The notes below the pieces were generated by a model. The model worked only from the letters and a program-made list of their open reading frames with translations. It made no database searches and was not told the DNA's origin. This document shows, piece by piece, positions 1 to 8,831 of a stretch of 64,000 bases of DNA. The stretch spans positions 173,276 to 237,275 of the forward strand of contig OZ253480.1 in assembly GCA_965261895.1 (NCBI GenBank), read 5' to 3'. Both the position numbers and the translations under genes were made by a program. The first letter of the stretch is position 1. Every line of letters starts with the position of its first letter. Origin of the DNA: an uncultured Candidatus Binatia bacterium. GTDB lineage: Bacteria > Desulfobacterota > Binatia > UBA9968 > JAJDTQ01.

Positions 1-1340
1 TCCGGGGTACGCTTCTTGACCTCGATGCTGCCCAGGTCGGTCCCGTCGAGCCGCACCTCGCCGTCGGTGGCGGTTTCCAGGCCCATCAGGACCTTGGCGA
101 AGGTGGACTTGCCGCAGCCCGACTCGCCGACGATGGCCACCGTCTCCCCTTCCCCGGCGTCGAAGCTGATGCTTTCGTTGGCTTTGACCTGACGCACGGG
201 TTCGCGGGACATGAAGGCCGCCAGCGAGCCCTCCTTGACATCGTAGTACTTGCGCATGTTGTCGACTTCGAGGACGGTCTCGCCCACCTCGATGGGCTCG
301 CGGATCGTGTCGTTGCGTTTCACGGCGTCGCGATCGATCTCGTTCCAGCGCAGGCAGCGAGCCCGGTGCGCCGAATCGTCGTCGGTGTGCACTTCCTCCA
401 TCGGGATAGAGTCGCTGTCGCACCGGCCCGCCTCGAAGGACTCGCAGCGCGGCCCGAAATTACAGCCCTCGGGGCGCTGGTGCGGTAACGGAAGCTGGCC
501 CTTGATGGCCATCAGCGGACGTGCGTTCTTGTCCGCGTGGGGCAGCGGGATGCAGCCGAACAACCCGTGGGTATAGGGGTGCTTCGGCCATGAAAAGATC
601 GAGTCGATATGGCCTTCCTCCACCACCTCGCCGGAATACATCACACAGATCCGGTCGCAGACCTCGAGCATCAAACCGAGGTTGTGGGAGATGTAAAGCA
701 GGGACGCGCCGGATTCCTTGCTCAACTCGGCGATCAGCTCCACGATCCCCGCCTCTACCGTCACGTCGAGCGCCGTGGTGGGCTCATCCAGCAACAGCAG
801 CGCCGGCTTCGACAGGAGCGCCATGGCGATCACCACCCGCTGTTGCTGGCCTCCGGAGACCTGATGCGGATAGGAGTCCATGAGGCGTTTCGGGTCCGGG
901 ATGTTCACGGCCGCGAGCATGTCGAAGGAGCGCTGGAAGGCTTCTTCCTGGCTGACGCCCTCATGGATCATGGGCACTTCCGTGAGCTGGGCGGCGATGG
1001 TCAGGCTCGGATTGAGCGCGGCCATGGGCTCCTGATAGATCATGGCGATGTCCTTGCCGCGGACCCGCCGGACCTCCTCCTCGGTCAACTCGGACATGTC
1101 CCGGCCCTTGAACTTGATGGTGCCGCCGACGATGCCGCCGTTCTTCCCCATGTAGCGCATGATGCCGTTGGCCACCGTGGACTTGCCGCACCCGGACTCG
1201 CCCACCAAGCCTACCGACTCACCCTTTCGGATGGTGAGGTCGAAGTCCATGACCGCGGGGACTTCCCCGGCTCGCGTGTAGTAGCTGAGCCGGAGGCCGG
1301 AGATTTCGAGGACCGGCGCCTCGTCGTTGTAATCGGCCAT
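1..1340 (-). CDS. Peptide/nickel-type ABC transporter ATP-binding protein with two fused ATPase domains (C-terminal end runs off the window start)
   Basis: Absent from the ORF track because it is open at the window edge. Minus-strand translation from ATG at 1340-1338 reads MADYNDEAPVLEISGLRLSYY...GESVGLVGESGCGKST (Walker A), VSGGQQQRVVIAMAL (signature), LLLDEPTTALD (Walker B). A second Walker A, GETVAIVGESGCGKST, lies near 150-100. The + ORF 609..1490 is its antisense shadow. Confidence 0.9.
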   Translation of the reverse strand, partial: MADYNDEAPVLEISGLRLSYYTRAGEVPAVMDFDLTIRKGESVGLVGESGCGKSTVANGIMRYMGKNGGIVGGTIKFKGRDMSELTEEEVRRVRGKDIAMIYQEPMAALNPSLTIAAQLTEVPMIHEGVSQEEAFQRSFDMLAAVNIPDPKRLMDSYPHQVSGGQQQRVVIAMALLSKPALLLLDEPTTALDVTVEAGIVELIAELSKESGASLLYISHNLGLMLEVCDRICVMYSGEVVEEGHIDSIFSWPKHPYTHGLFGCIPLPHADKNARPLMAIKGQLPLPHQRPEGCNFGPRCESFEAGRCDSDSIPMEEVHTDDDSAHRARCLRWNEIDRDAVKRNDTIREPIEVGETVLEVDNMRKYYDVKEGSLAAFMSREPVRQVKANESISFDAGEGETVAIVGESGCGKSTFAKVLMGLETATDGEVRLDGTDLGSIEVKKRTP

Positions 1341-1364
1341 CAGGTGTCTCCTAGTCTCTTATTC

Positions 1365-1628
1365 GGGACGTCCTTCGACTTCGCTTCGCTACGCTCAGGA
1401 CGAACGGAACAAGGTTTCCCCACCGGTCGTCCTGAGCGTGACGAAGCGACAAGGACAAACGGAACAAGGTTTCCCCACCGGTCGTCCTGAGCGTAGCGAA
1501 GCGACAAGGACAAACGGAACAAGGTTTCCCCACCGTTCGTCCTGAGCGTAGCGAAGCGACAAGGACAAACGGAACAAAGTTTCCCCACCGTTCGTCCTGA
1601 GCGTAGCGAAGCGAAGTCGAAGGACGCC
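1365..1628. repeat. Nested-hairpin intergenic element (family E) with 4 internal 55-bp tandem units
   Basis: Inverted arms: GGACGTCCTTCGACTTCGCTTCGCTACGCTCAGGACGAACGG on the left, CCGTTCGTCCTGAGCGTAGCGAAGCGAAGTCGAAGGACGCC on the right. Internal units start at 1406, 1461, 1516 and 1571. The same arms occur at 53553 and 56897. Confidence 0.9.
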
Positions 1629-1640
1629 ATCTCAGTCTTC

Positions 1641-2534
1641 CTAATCCTTCAGCGATACCTCGCGCAGCCCGTCGGCCAGCAGGTTGAAACCCAGCACCAG
1701 CAGGGAGACCGCGCAGGCAGGCAGGATCGCCATGTGGGGGAAACCGCCCGTGACGAAGGCACGGGTCTGGGTAATCATCCCGCCCCAGTCGGGGTCCGGC
1801 GGCGGCAGCCCGAGGCCCAGAAACCCCAGTGCTCCGATGGTGATGGTCGTGTAGCCCATGCGCAGGCAGAAATCGACGATCAGCGGGCTGCGGGCGTTGG
1901 GCAGGATCTCCACCAGCATGATGTACCAGGGCCCCTCGCCGCGGGTCTGCGACGCGGCGATGTAGTCACGGGTGGCGATATCCATGGTCACGCCGCGCAC
2001 GATGCGCATGATGCCCGGCGCGGACGCGAATACGACCGCAAAGACGATGTTGAGCCCCGAAGCGCCGACCTTGGCGATGATCAGCACGTAGAGGACCATG
2101 ATGGGAAAGGAAAGGATGACGTTGGCAAAGAACGAGAGGATCTCGTCCACGTAGCCCCTGAAATAGCCCGCGGCCAGACCCATGACGACGCCCACGATAT
2201 AGGCGGAAACGGTCGCAAAGGTGGCATAGAACAGCACTCGTTGACCACCCCAGATGATCCGCGAAAGGATATCACGGCCCAGATGGTCCGTGCCGAACAG
2301 AAATATGCCGCCGTCCGGCGCTGCCGTGCCCGGGAAGGCGAAGGGCAGAATCGTCGCGTTGGGGTCAAAGGGCGCGACGAGCGGCGCGAAAATCGCCAGC
2401 AGGGTGAAGAAAAGCACGATGAAGGCGCCGATCATGCCGACGGGGCTCTCCCGCAGAAGCGCCACCGACTTGACCGCGTTCAGGATCGTCGAATCCGGCC
2501 TGATGAGAGGCACGTTCGTGGTATCGCCAGCCAT
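1641..2534 (-). CDS. ABC transporter permease (DppC/OppC-like)
   Basis: 297-aa ORF, multi-TM, typical family-5-importer permease sequence (…GTDHLGRDILSRIIWG…). Same strand and operon as the neighbouring permease, SBP and ATPase. Confidence 0.9.
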   Translation of the reverse strand: MAGDTTNVPLIRPDSTILNAVKSVALLRESPVGMIGAFIVLFFTLLAIFAPLVAPFDPNATILPFAFPGTAAPDGGIFLFGTDHLGRDILSRIIWGGQRVLFYATFATVSAYIVGVVMGLAAGYFRGYVDEILSFFANVILSFPIMVLYVLIIAKVGASGLNIVFAVVFASAPGIMRIVRGVTMDIATRDYIAASQTRGEGPWYIMLVEILPNARSPLIVDFCLRMGYTTITIGALGFLGLGLPPPDPDWGGMITQTRAFVTGGFPHMAILPACAVSLLVLGFNLLADGLREVSLKD

Positions 2535-2544
2535 TCTTACCTCC

Positions 2545-3477
2545 TCACTTGAACCGGATTCTCGGGTTCAGGTAGGTGTACCCGAGGTCGCCGATGGTCT
2601 GTGTGAAGACGGCCACGAACACCGCCGCCGCGCCGCAAGCCTCGATCACGAAGATGTCGCGGCGTAGCGCCGCCTCCAGCAGGAGCGCGCCGAACCCCTT
2701 GTAACCGAAGGCGAATTCCGTCACCACCACTCCGGACAGTAGCCAGTTGATCTGCAGCATGATCACCGTGAACGGGGCGATCAGCGCGTTACGAAGGGCG
2801 TGCCTCATGATGATGTGCCGATAGGGCAACCCCTTGAGCATCGCCGTCCGGATGTATTGGTTGGTCATCACCTCGGCCATGGACGCCCGGGTCATCCGCG
2901 CGACATAGCCGAACCCATAAAGGGTCAGCACCGTCACCGGAAGGATCAATTCGACTACGTTGAACCCCGACGTCATGGACGAGGTTCCCGGCAGCCAGCC
3001 GAGCTGGAAAACGAAGATCCAGGAGAGCAGGACGGCGCTGGCGTATTCAGGGATGGAGGTCGTGGTGATGGAAAAGACCGAGATCACCCGGTCCTGCGTC
3101 GAGCCCTCCTTCATGCCCGCCAGCACCCCCAGCGTCAGGGCGATGACAACCATGACGACGAAGGTAACGCCGGCGAGGATGCCGGTGTTGCCAAGCCGAT
3201 CCCAGAAGATCTCGTTCACCGGCCGCTTGTAGATGATGGAGTCGCCGAGGTCGCCGGACAACACCCGGCCGATCCATTCGAAGTAACGGACCATCATCGG
3301 CCGGTCATAGCCATTCTGGGTGATCCAGGCGTCGAGCTGTTGGTCCTGGGCGTAAGGCCCCAGAACGCTGCGGGCGATGAGCCGGGGATCACCCTCGTTC
3401 ATCACGAACAGAAGCAAGGCAACCACCAACATGATGAGGATCATCATGCCGATGCGTCGCATGATCAGTTGTGGCAT
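2545..3477 (-). CDS. ABC transporter permease (DppB/OppB-like)
   Basis: 310-aa ORF. N-terminus MPQLIMRRIGMMILIMLVV… and C-terminus …DLGYTYLNPRIRFK are typical of DppB/OppB-type permeases. Confidence 0.9.
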   Translation of the reverse strand: MPQLIMRRIGMMILIMLVVALLLFVMNEGDPRLIARSVLGPYAQDQQLDAWITQNGYDRPMMVRYFEWIGRVLSGDLGDSIIYKRPVNEIFWDRLGNTGILAGVTFVVMVVIALTLGVLAGMKEGSTQDRVISVFSITTTSIPEYASAVLLSWIFVFQLGWLPGTSSMTSGFNVVELILPVTVLTLYGFGYVARMTRASMAEVMTNQYIRTAMLKGLPYRHIIMRHALRNALIAPFTVIMLQINWLLSGVVVTEFAFGYKGFGALLLEAALRRDIFVIEACGAAAVFVAVFTQTIGDLGYTYLNPRIRFK

Positions 3478-3542
3478 GTCGGTCTCCGGTGCTCAGCCAT
3501 TGGAGTCGACCGGGGCACACACCTCGGCCATCCGGGGAAATT

Positions 3543-3570
3543 GTAGGGGCGACCGGCCGGTCGCCCCTAC
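3543..3570. repeat. REP-like palindrome, family B (GTAGGGGCGACC..GGTCGCCCCTAC)
   Basis: Perfect palindrome GTAGGGGCGACCGGCCGGTCGCCCCTAC between the SBP stop and the permease start. Related copies at 16328 and 33163. Confidence 0.85.
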
Positions 3571-3575
3571 AGGTC

Positions 3576-5300
3576 CTAACCTTCCAGCCACACGTCCTGA
3601 AACTGGTGGTACAGGGTCGGATGGGTCTTGAAACCCTTGACCCGCTTGTTGGACGCCTTGAATACCGAGCGCCAGAAGGGCTGCGGAATGATGGCGTCGT
3701 CCTGGAGGATCTTCTCGCAGACGGCCATCTTCTTCTTGCGCTCGTTGACGTCAAGGGTCGCCTCGGCGTCATCGAGGGCGGCATCGAACTTGGGGTTGCT
3801 GTAGGCGGTCTCGTTCCAGGGCACGCCGGACCGGTAACCGAGGCCCAGCACCATGGTGCCGAGCGGACGATGCGTCCACGCCGTGTAGCCCCAGGGCGCC
3901 TTGTCCCAGACCTCCCAATACTGGTTGGCCGGCATCTTGTTGATCTTCAGGTTGATGCCCGCGGGTGCGAGCTGGTTCTTGAAGATCGCGCAGGCGTCGG
4001 TCATCCACGGGCCCTCGGTATCGCCGTTGGCGATCTCGACGGTCACGCCGTCCTTGTAGCCGGCTTCGGCCAGCAGCTTCTTGGCCTTCTCGATGTCCCG
4101 CTTGAGCGGCGGCAACGCCCCGTAGTCCGGATGGATCGGACACACGTGATGGTTCTCGGCGACCTGGCCGAGACCCTTGAACGCCTTGTCCAGGATCTCC
4201 TTATGGTCCATGCAGGCCGCGATGGCCTGGCGGAGCTTGAGATTGTCAAAGGGTTTCTCGGTGATACGGAAACGCATCACCGCGGTCTGGGCGGTGGTCG
4301 CTTCGTGGACGTCCACGAACGGCAGGCGCTTCACCGTCGCGATGGCGCTGTTGGGCAAGCGGTACACCATGTCCACCTGCTGCGAAGCCAGCGCCGCGAT
4401 CCAGGCGTTGGTGTCCTCGCCATGGTCGAAATAGTGGATCTCGTCCAGATAGAAGGGTCCGGCCCACCATTTCCGCGCCTTTTTCAGAATGGCCTTCTCC
4501 CCGATATCGTAGGCGGCCAGGTTCATCGGACCGGTGCCGATGGGGTCCTTGGACAAGTCGGCGGCGTAGTCCTTGCCGAAGCCCCTGTGCACGATGGCGG
4601 TGGGATAGTTGTAGAAGTTCTCCGGCATGGCCAGGGCGGCCTGTTTCAGGTTGAACTTGATGGTGTGATCGTCGATCACTTCGACGGCGTTGGCGATGCC
4701 CTGCTTGGTCTTGCCGTCGGGGCCGACCTCGACCATGGCGCTGAAGAGGCCGAGGTTCGAGGAACCGGTCTTGGGATCGAGCCAGCGATTGACCGTGTGG
4801 GCGACGTCGGCGGAGGTGAACTTGTCACCGTTGGACCAGGTCACGTCGTCCCGCAGATGAAACACCCAGGTCTTGAGATCGTCCGTTGCTTCCCAACTCT
4901 TGGCGAGATAGGGAACCGTGACGTTGTCCGCCCTGGTGCGGGTCAGATGCTCCACGATGAATCGCGCGACATTGGATTTCTCGGTCCAGTCGAAGCTGGC
5001 GGGATCGGTCATCTGCTGAATCCGCATGGAGACTCGGAGAGTGCCACCGGATTTCGGGGTCGCCGCGGCCGCGGATGGGACCAGGGCGCCGCCGATGAGC
5101 CTGTCGGCCGTGACATACGCCACGCCCGCGGTCATCCCCAAAAGCGCCGCTTGCCGCAGAAAGTCGCGCCGGGTGATCTTCCTGGACTGCAGTTGGTCAC
5201 ATAGCTCGGGCAGATAGCTGTGCGTGTCCGCACCAAGCGCACGCTCCGACGGCAGCGTGTAACGCCGCCCGTCTCGGCTCAGAATTTTTTTGTCACTCAT
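3576..5300 (-). CDS. ABC transporter substrate-binding protein, family 5 (peptide/nickel type), Tat-type signal
   Basis: 574-aa ORF. Twin-arginine motif TRRDFLRQAALLGMTAGVA, then SBP_bac_5-like sequence (…YLAKSWEATDDLKTWVFHLRDDVTWSNGDKFTSADV…). Confidence 0.9.
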   Translation of the reverse strand: MSDKKILSRDGRRYTLPSERALGADTHSYLPELCDQLQSRKITRRDFLRQAALLGMTAGVAYVTADRLIGGALVPSAAAATPKSGGTLRVSMRIQQMTDPASFDWTEKSNVARFIVEHLTRTRADNVTVPYLAKSWEATDDLKTWVFHLRDDVTWSNGDKFTSADVAHTVNRWLDPKTGSSNLGLFSAMVEVGPDGKTKQGIANAVEVIDDHTIKFNLKQAALAMPENFYNYPTAIVHRGFGKDYAADLSKDPIGTGPMNLAAYDIGEKAILKKARKWWAGPFYLDEIHYFDHGEDTNAWIAALASQQVDMVYRLPNSAIATVKRLPFVDVHEATTAQTAVMRFRITEKPFDNLKLRQAIAACMDHKEILDKAFKGLGQVAENHHVCPIHPDYGALPPLKRDIEKAKKLLAEAGYKDGVTVEIANGDTEGPWMTDACAIFKNQLAPAGINLKINKMPANQYWEVWDKAPWGYTAWTHRPLGTMVLGLGYRSGVPWNETAYSNPKFDAALDDAEATLDVNERKKKMAVCEKILQDDAIIPQPFWRSVFKASNKRVKGFKTHPTLYHQFQDVWLEG

Positions 5301-5479
5301 GAATGCAACCTCCGTTTGAAACGACTGCCGGGGTTCGCCGCGCGGATGCCGCAGGGCGAGGCCAAGCGCATCGCCCTGCCCGACGCGCCCGTGGCCCGAC
5401 AGACCAGTTGTAGGGAAAGTCGTGAGACTATTCCACCTCCGGTGTGGAATGCAACCGGGTTTTCTGCGATTCTGGGTTG

Positions 5480-7747
5480 ATGGAGCCGCCGGCAGGACAG
5501 CGCACGCTGCGAATCATCGGCCAGGCGACGCCCTCGGTCGAGGGGGCGGCCAAGGTGACGGCCGAAGCTCGCTACCTCGAGGACCTACAGGCTCCCGGCA
5601 TGCTCTACGGCAAGATCTGCCGGAGTCCCCTGCCCCACGCCAGGATTGTCGACGTCGATACCACCCGGGCGGAGCGGTTGCCCGGGGTGATTTCGGTCGT
5701 CACCGCGCGGGACCTGCCCGACATCAAATTCAGCTTCGTCCCGGAGTTTGCCGACAAGACGCCGTTGTGCGCGCCGGGCCGCACGGTGCGCTACGCCGGC
5801 GACGAGGTGGCCGCGGTGGCGGCGCTGGACGAGGCCACCGCCGAGGAAGCGGCGCGCCTCATCGAGGTGCAGTACGAACCCCTGGATCCGATCCTGGACG
5901 TGGAAGTCGCGCTGTCGCCGGATTCTCCCAGGGTCCACGACGGCGGCAACGTCGCCTATGAGGTGCACAAGGCCGAAGGCGACCTGGAGGCGGCATTCGC
6001 CGGCTGCGACCTGGTGCTGGAAGAGGAATTCGAAACCACCCGCCAATCCCACGCGGTCATGGAGACCCGAGGCTGCATCGCCCACTGGCCCGCCACCGGC
6101 CAGCTCACCGTGTGGCACCAGACCCAGGCGCCCCACACGCTGCGCGGCGAGATCGCCCGGGCCCTGGGCATCCCCCAACGGATGATCCGGGTGATCCAAC
6201 CCGAGACCGGCGGCGGTTTCGGCTCCCGGCTGGTGATGAACGTCATGGTGCCGATCGCCGCGGTGCTGTCGAGGAAGTCGGGCCGCCCGGTGCGCATCGT
6301 CAACACCCGGGACGAGGAGTTCCGCTGCGCCGGCGCCCGCTACGCCTACCGCTTCAGGCTCAGGCTGGGCTGCACCAAAGACGGCATCATCCGGGCCAAG
6401 AGCCTCGAAGTCACCGGCGACAACGGCGCCTACAACGACAAGGGCATTTCCACCATCAACTTCATCGGTCTGGCCTTCTTTACCGCCTATGACCTGCACC
6501 GGCCGGCCAAGTCCCTGGACGCCAGGCTGGTCTATACCAACAAGCCGCCCGGGGGCGCCTTCCGTGGGTTCGGCCACGCCGAGGCGGGCTTCGCGTTCGA
6601 AACGGCCCTCGACGCCATGGCCGAGCGCCTCGACATGGACCCGGTGGAGATCCGCCTCAAGAATCTGAGGCGCCCCGGTGAGCGGACCTGCGTGGAACGC
6701 GCAAGCTCGCTCATGCGTCCGGGCAAACGAGCCGCCGGGAAGACGGACGCCGGCGGCAAACGGACGGGCATCGGCATGGCGTTCCTCTCGGAGACCGGCG
6801 GCGGCCTGCGCTACTACAGGCAGAACTCGACCGAGGCCATCGTCAAGGTGGAGCGGGACGGCACCGTGGGCGTCATCGCCGCCATCGCGGACACCGGAAC
6901 CGGCACCCGGACGGTGATGGCCCAGATCGCTGCCGAGCAACTCGGGGTCTCGGTGGACCGGATACGGCTCTCCCACAACGATACCGACGTGATCCCCTAC
7001 GATCTCGGCACCTGGGCCAGCCGCACCACATACGTGTGCGGCAATGCGGTGGCCGCGGCCGCGGGGGACGCCAGGCGGCGGCTGGCGGAGATCGCGTCGG
7101 TGATGCTCCAGGCCGCCCCCGAAACGCTGGAGTTCGGCGACGACCGCGTGGCGGCCACGGTCGAGCCCGGCGGCGAGGTGGCCTTCGATGAGGTCGTGAG
7201 GGAGGCCTACGACCGCCAAGGGGTGCTGATCATCGGCAAGGGCGCCTTCGTGGACCGGGAAGCCACCCGGTTCGACCTGGCCGACTACGAGGCCGCCGCC
7301 CCCGTCATCGCGGCGTGCTGCCACGTGGCCGAGGTCCGGGTGGACACCGACACCGGCGAAGTGGAATTGCTGCGCTACCTCGCAGTCCACGACGTCGGCA
7401 AGGCCATCAACCCGCTGGGGCTCCAGGGTCAAATCGAAGGCGGTGTGGCCCAGGGCTTGGGGTTCGCCCTTTATGAGGATCTGGTGGTGGACGGCGGCCA
7501 GGTGCTGAACCCGAACTTTGTGGACTATCGCCTGCCCACCTTCTCCGCCATGCCGAAACGGCTGGAGTGCGTCGTGGTGGAAGGCGACGCTTCCGAGGGC
7601 CCCTACGGCGCCAAGGGCATCGGCGAGCTCCCCTTCGGTCCGGTGGCGCCGGCCATCGCCAACGCCATCTACAACGCGGTGGGGGCGCGGCTGAAGACCC
7701 TGCCCATGACTCCGGAACGAATTTTGCGGGAATTGAAGGCCCGTTGA
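5480..7747 (+). CDS. Xanthine dehydrogenase/aldehyde oxidase-family molybdopterin-binding subunit (orphan large subunit)
   Basis: Track ORF 5444..7747. The N-terminus from the ATG at 5480 (MEPPAGQRTLRIIGQATPSVEGAAKVTAEARYLEDL) fits the family start, so the start is ambiguous between 5444 and 5480. Family blocks are GGGFG, AFRGFGH and GIGELP. No adjacent FeS or FAD subunit genes. Confidence 0.85.
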   Translation: MEPPAGQRTLRIIGQATPSVEGAAKVTAEARYLEDLQAPGMLYGKICRSPLPHARIVDVDTTRAERLPGVISVVTARDLPDIKFSFVPEFADKTPLCAPGRTVRYAGDEVAAVAALDEATAEEAARLIEVQYEPLDPILDVEVALSPDSPRVHDGGNVAYEVHKAEGDLEAAFAGCDLVLEEEFETTRQSHAVMETRGCIAHWPATGQLTVWHQTQAPHTLRGEIARALGIPQRMIRVIQPETGGGFGSRLVMNVMVPIAAVLSRKSGRPVRIVNTRDEEFRCAGARYAYRFRLRLGCTKDGIIRAKSLEVTGDNGAYNDKGISTINFIGLAFFTAYDLHRPAKSLDARLVYTNKPPGGAFRGFGHAEAGFAFETALDAMAERLDMDPVEIRLKNLRRPGERTCVERASSLMRPGKRAAGKTDAGGKRTGIGMAFLSETGGGLRYYRQNSTEAIVKVERDGTVGVIAAIADTGTGTRTVMAQIAAEQLGVSVDRIRLSHNDTDVIPYDLGTWASRTTYVCGNAVAAAAGDARRRLAEIASVMLQAAPETLEFGDDRVAATVEPGGEVAFDEVVREAYDRQGVLIIGKGAFVDREATRFDLADYEAAAPVIAACCHVAEVRVDTDTGEVELLRYLAVHDVGKAINPLGLQGQIEGGVAQGLGFALYEDLVVDGGQVLNPNFVDYRLPTFSAMPKRLECVVVEGDASEGPYGAKGIGELPFGPVAPAIANAIYNAVGARLKTLPMTPERILRELKAR

Positions 7748-7838
7748 CGCTGGAGGGTACGGGCCGTTCGATCGGCGAAGAGCCTGTCCACCGCCCACGG
7801 CACTTCCCCGGTGCGCTGAACATTTGCTCTGTTCGACC

Positions 7839-8831
7839 TCAACCGGCGCGTATATCACACTTGGCGGCTATCGCCTTCGCGAGCTTCTCGAAGTCTTCGT
7901 AGCAATCCTGCACGGCGTGGATGTGACCGCCGAGCGCGCCGTCCGCGGCGGTAAGGCGGAACATCGGCTTGCGAGCCTCGCGGGCCATGGCCATCAGGCT
8001 TCGATAGTGCTTCAGGGTGGCAAGGCATTCGGTATCGTCCTCTGTCGAGGACACGCTGCGGCCGGCCCCGCCGAGCACTTCCTTGCGATACACTTCCGGA
8101 ATCCGCCTGATCCATTTCTGGTACGCCTGCACGGGACGGCCCGCACGCACGGCGTGCTGCATCACGATGTAGCCGCCCGGCACGATGTCGGCCGACGGAA
8201 GGTCGAGATCGGGAACCTCCGGACGGCGTTCCAGACGATCCGCCCACTCGTTGCGCCATTCCTGGAGCGTCGGCCCGACGTTGCGGAGCGCCTGCAAAGA
8301 GAACAGGTCGGGGGCGAGCGGAAACACGACGAAGTTCGCCGCGATGATCGCCGCCCGGTTGATCGCCCCCAGGTTCGGACCGACGTCGATCAACACCAAG
8401 TCGGCATTCTGCCTGCTGGCGGCCATGCGAATCGTCCGATGGAACGCCGACTCGGTGCGAAATGCCGATTCGTCGCGGCTCAGGCAGTCCGGCCACGCCG
8501 ATGACAACTTCGCCTCGAAGCTCGACAGAGCCAAGTCGCCGACGACGATGCCGAGGTTCGAAGCGAGCTGTTCGACGTGCGGCTCCTGGATGTCGCCAAG
8601 CCCTCGCAGGATGGGCGAAATCGCGCCCAGGATGCTGCTGGAATGTTCGCCGTCAGGCCACAACTGCTCGAGTCGTTCCTCGTTGAGGAATACGGTGCTG
8701 AGGTTCGCCTGCGGATCGAGGTCCACGGCCACCACCGAGAATCCGAGGTCCGCGTACATCCACGCCAGGTGGTATACCAGCGTGGTCTTGCCGACTCCGC
8801 CCTTGTTGTTGAAGAAGGCGATGGTTTTCAC
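7839..8831 (-). CDS. ParA/MinD-superfamily ATPase-like protein (330 aa, long C-terminal extension)
   Basis: Deviant Walker A: MKTIAFFNNKGGVGKTTLVYHLA…VVAVDLDPQANLS. Overlaps the upstream gene by 4 nt (8828-8831). No parB or parS seen nearby. Confidence 0.8.
   Translation of the reverse strand: MKTIAFFNNKGGVGKTTLVYHLAWMYADLGFSVVAVDLDPQANLSTVFLNEERLEQLWPDGEHSSSILGAISPILRGLGDIQEPHVEQLASNLGIVVGDLALSSFEAKLSSAWPDCLSRDESAFRTESAFHRTIRMAASRQNADLVLIDVGPNLGAINRAAIIAANFVVFPLAPDLFSLQALRNVGPTLQEWRNEWADRLERRPEVPDLDLPSADIVPGGYIVMQHAVRAGRPVQAYQKWIRRIPEVYRKEVLGGAGRSVSSTEDDTECLATLKHYRSLMAMAREARKPMFRLTAADGALGGHIHAVQDCYEDFEKLAKAIAAKCDIRAG

Noticed and set aside
1340-1630. Track ORFs 1340..1630(-), 1351..1533(-), 1395..1577(-), 53581..53931(-) and 56661..57116(-), with repeated peptides ([37 protein letters not shown]).
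   Set aside because: These are translations of the family E nested-hairpin repeats. The repetitive 'protein' simply mirrors the DNA tandem units in several frames.
5585-7858. Very long minus-strand ORF (757 aa). Similar long ORFs occur at 3471..5204(+), 609..1490(+), 10006..11163(-), 11393..12658(-), 12616..13884(-), 17228..18685(-), 47828..48928(+), 49070..50440(-), 52236..53549(+), 53831..55516(-), 53932..55371(+) and 59531..61186(+).
   Set aside because: Each lies antisense to, or out of frame with, a gene that has clear family motifs. Their translations are Arg/Gly/Pro/His-rich low-complexity sequence with no recognisable domains, as expected for shadow ORFs in high-GC DNA.
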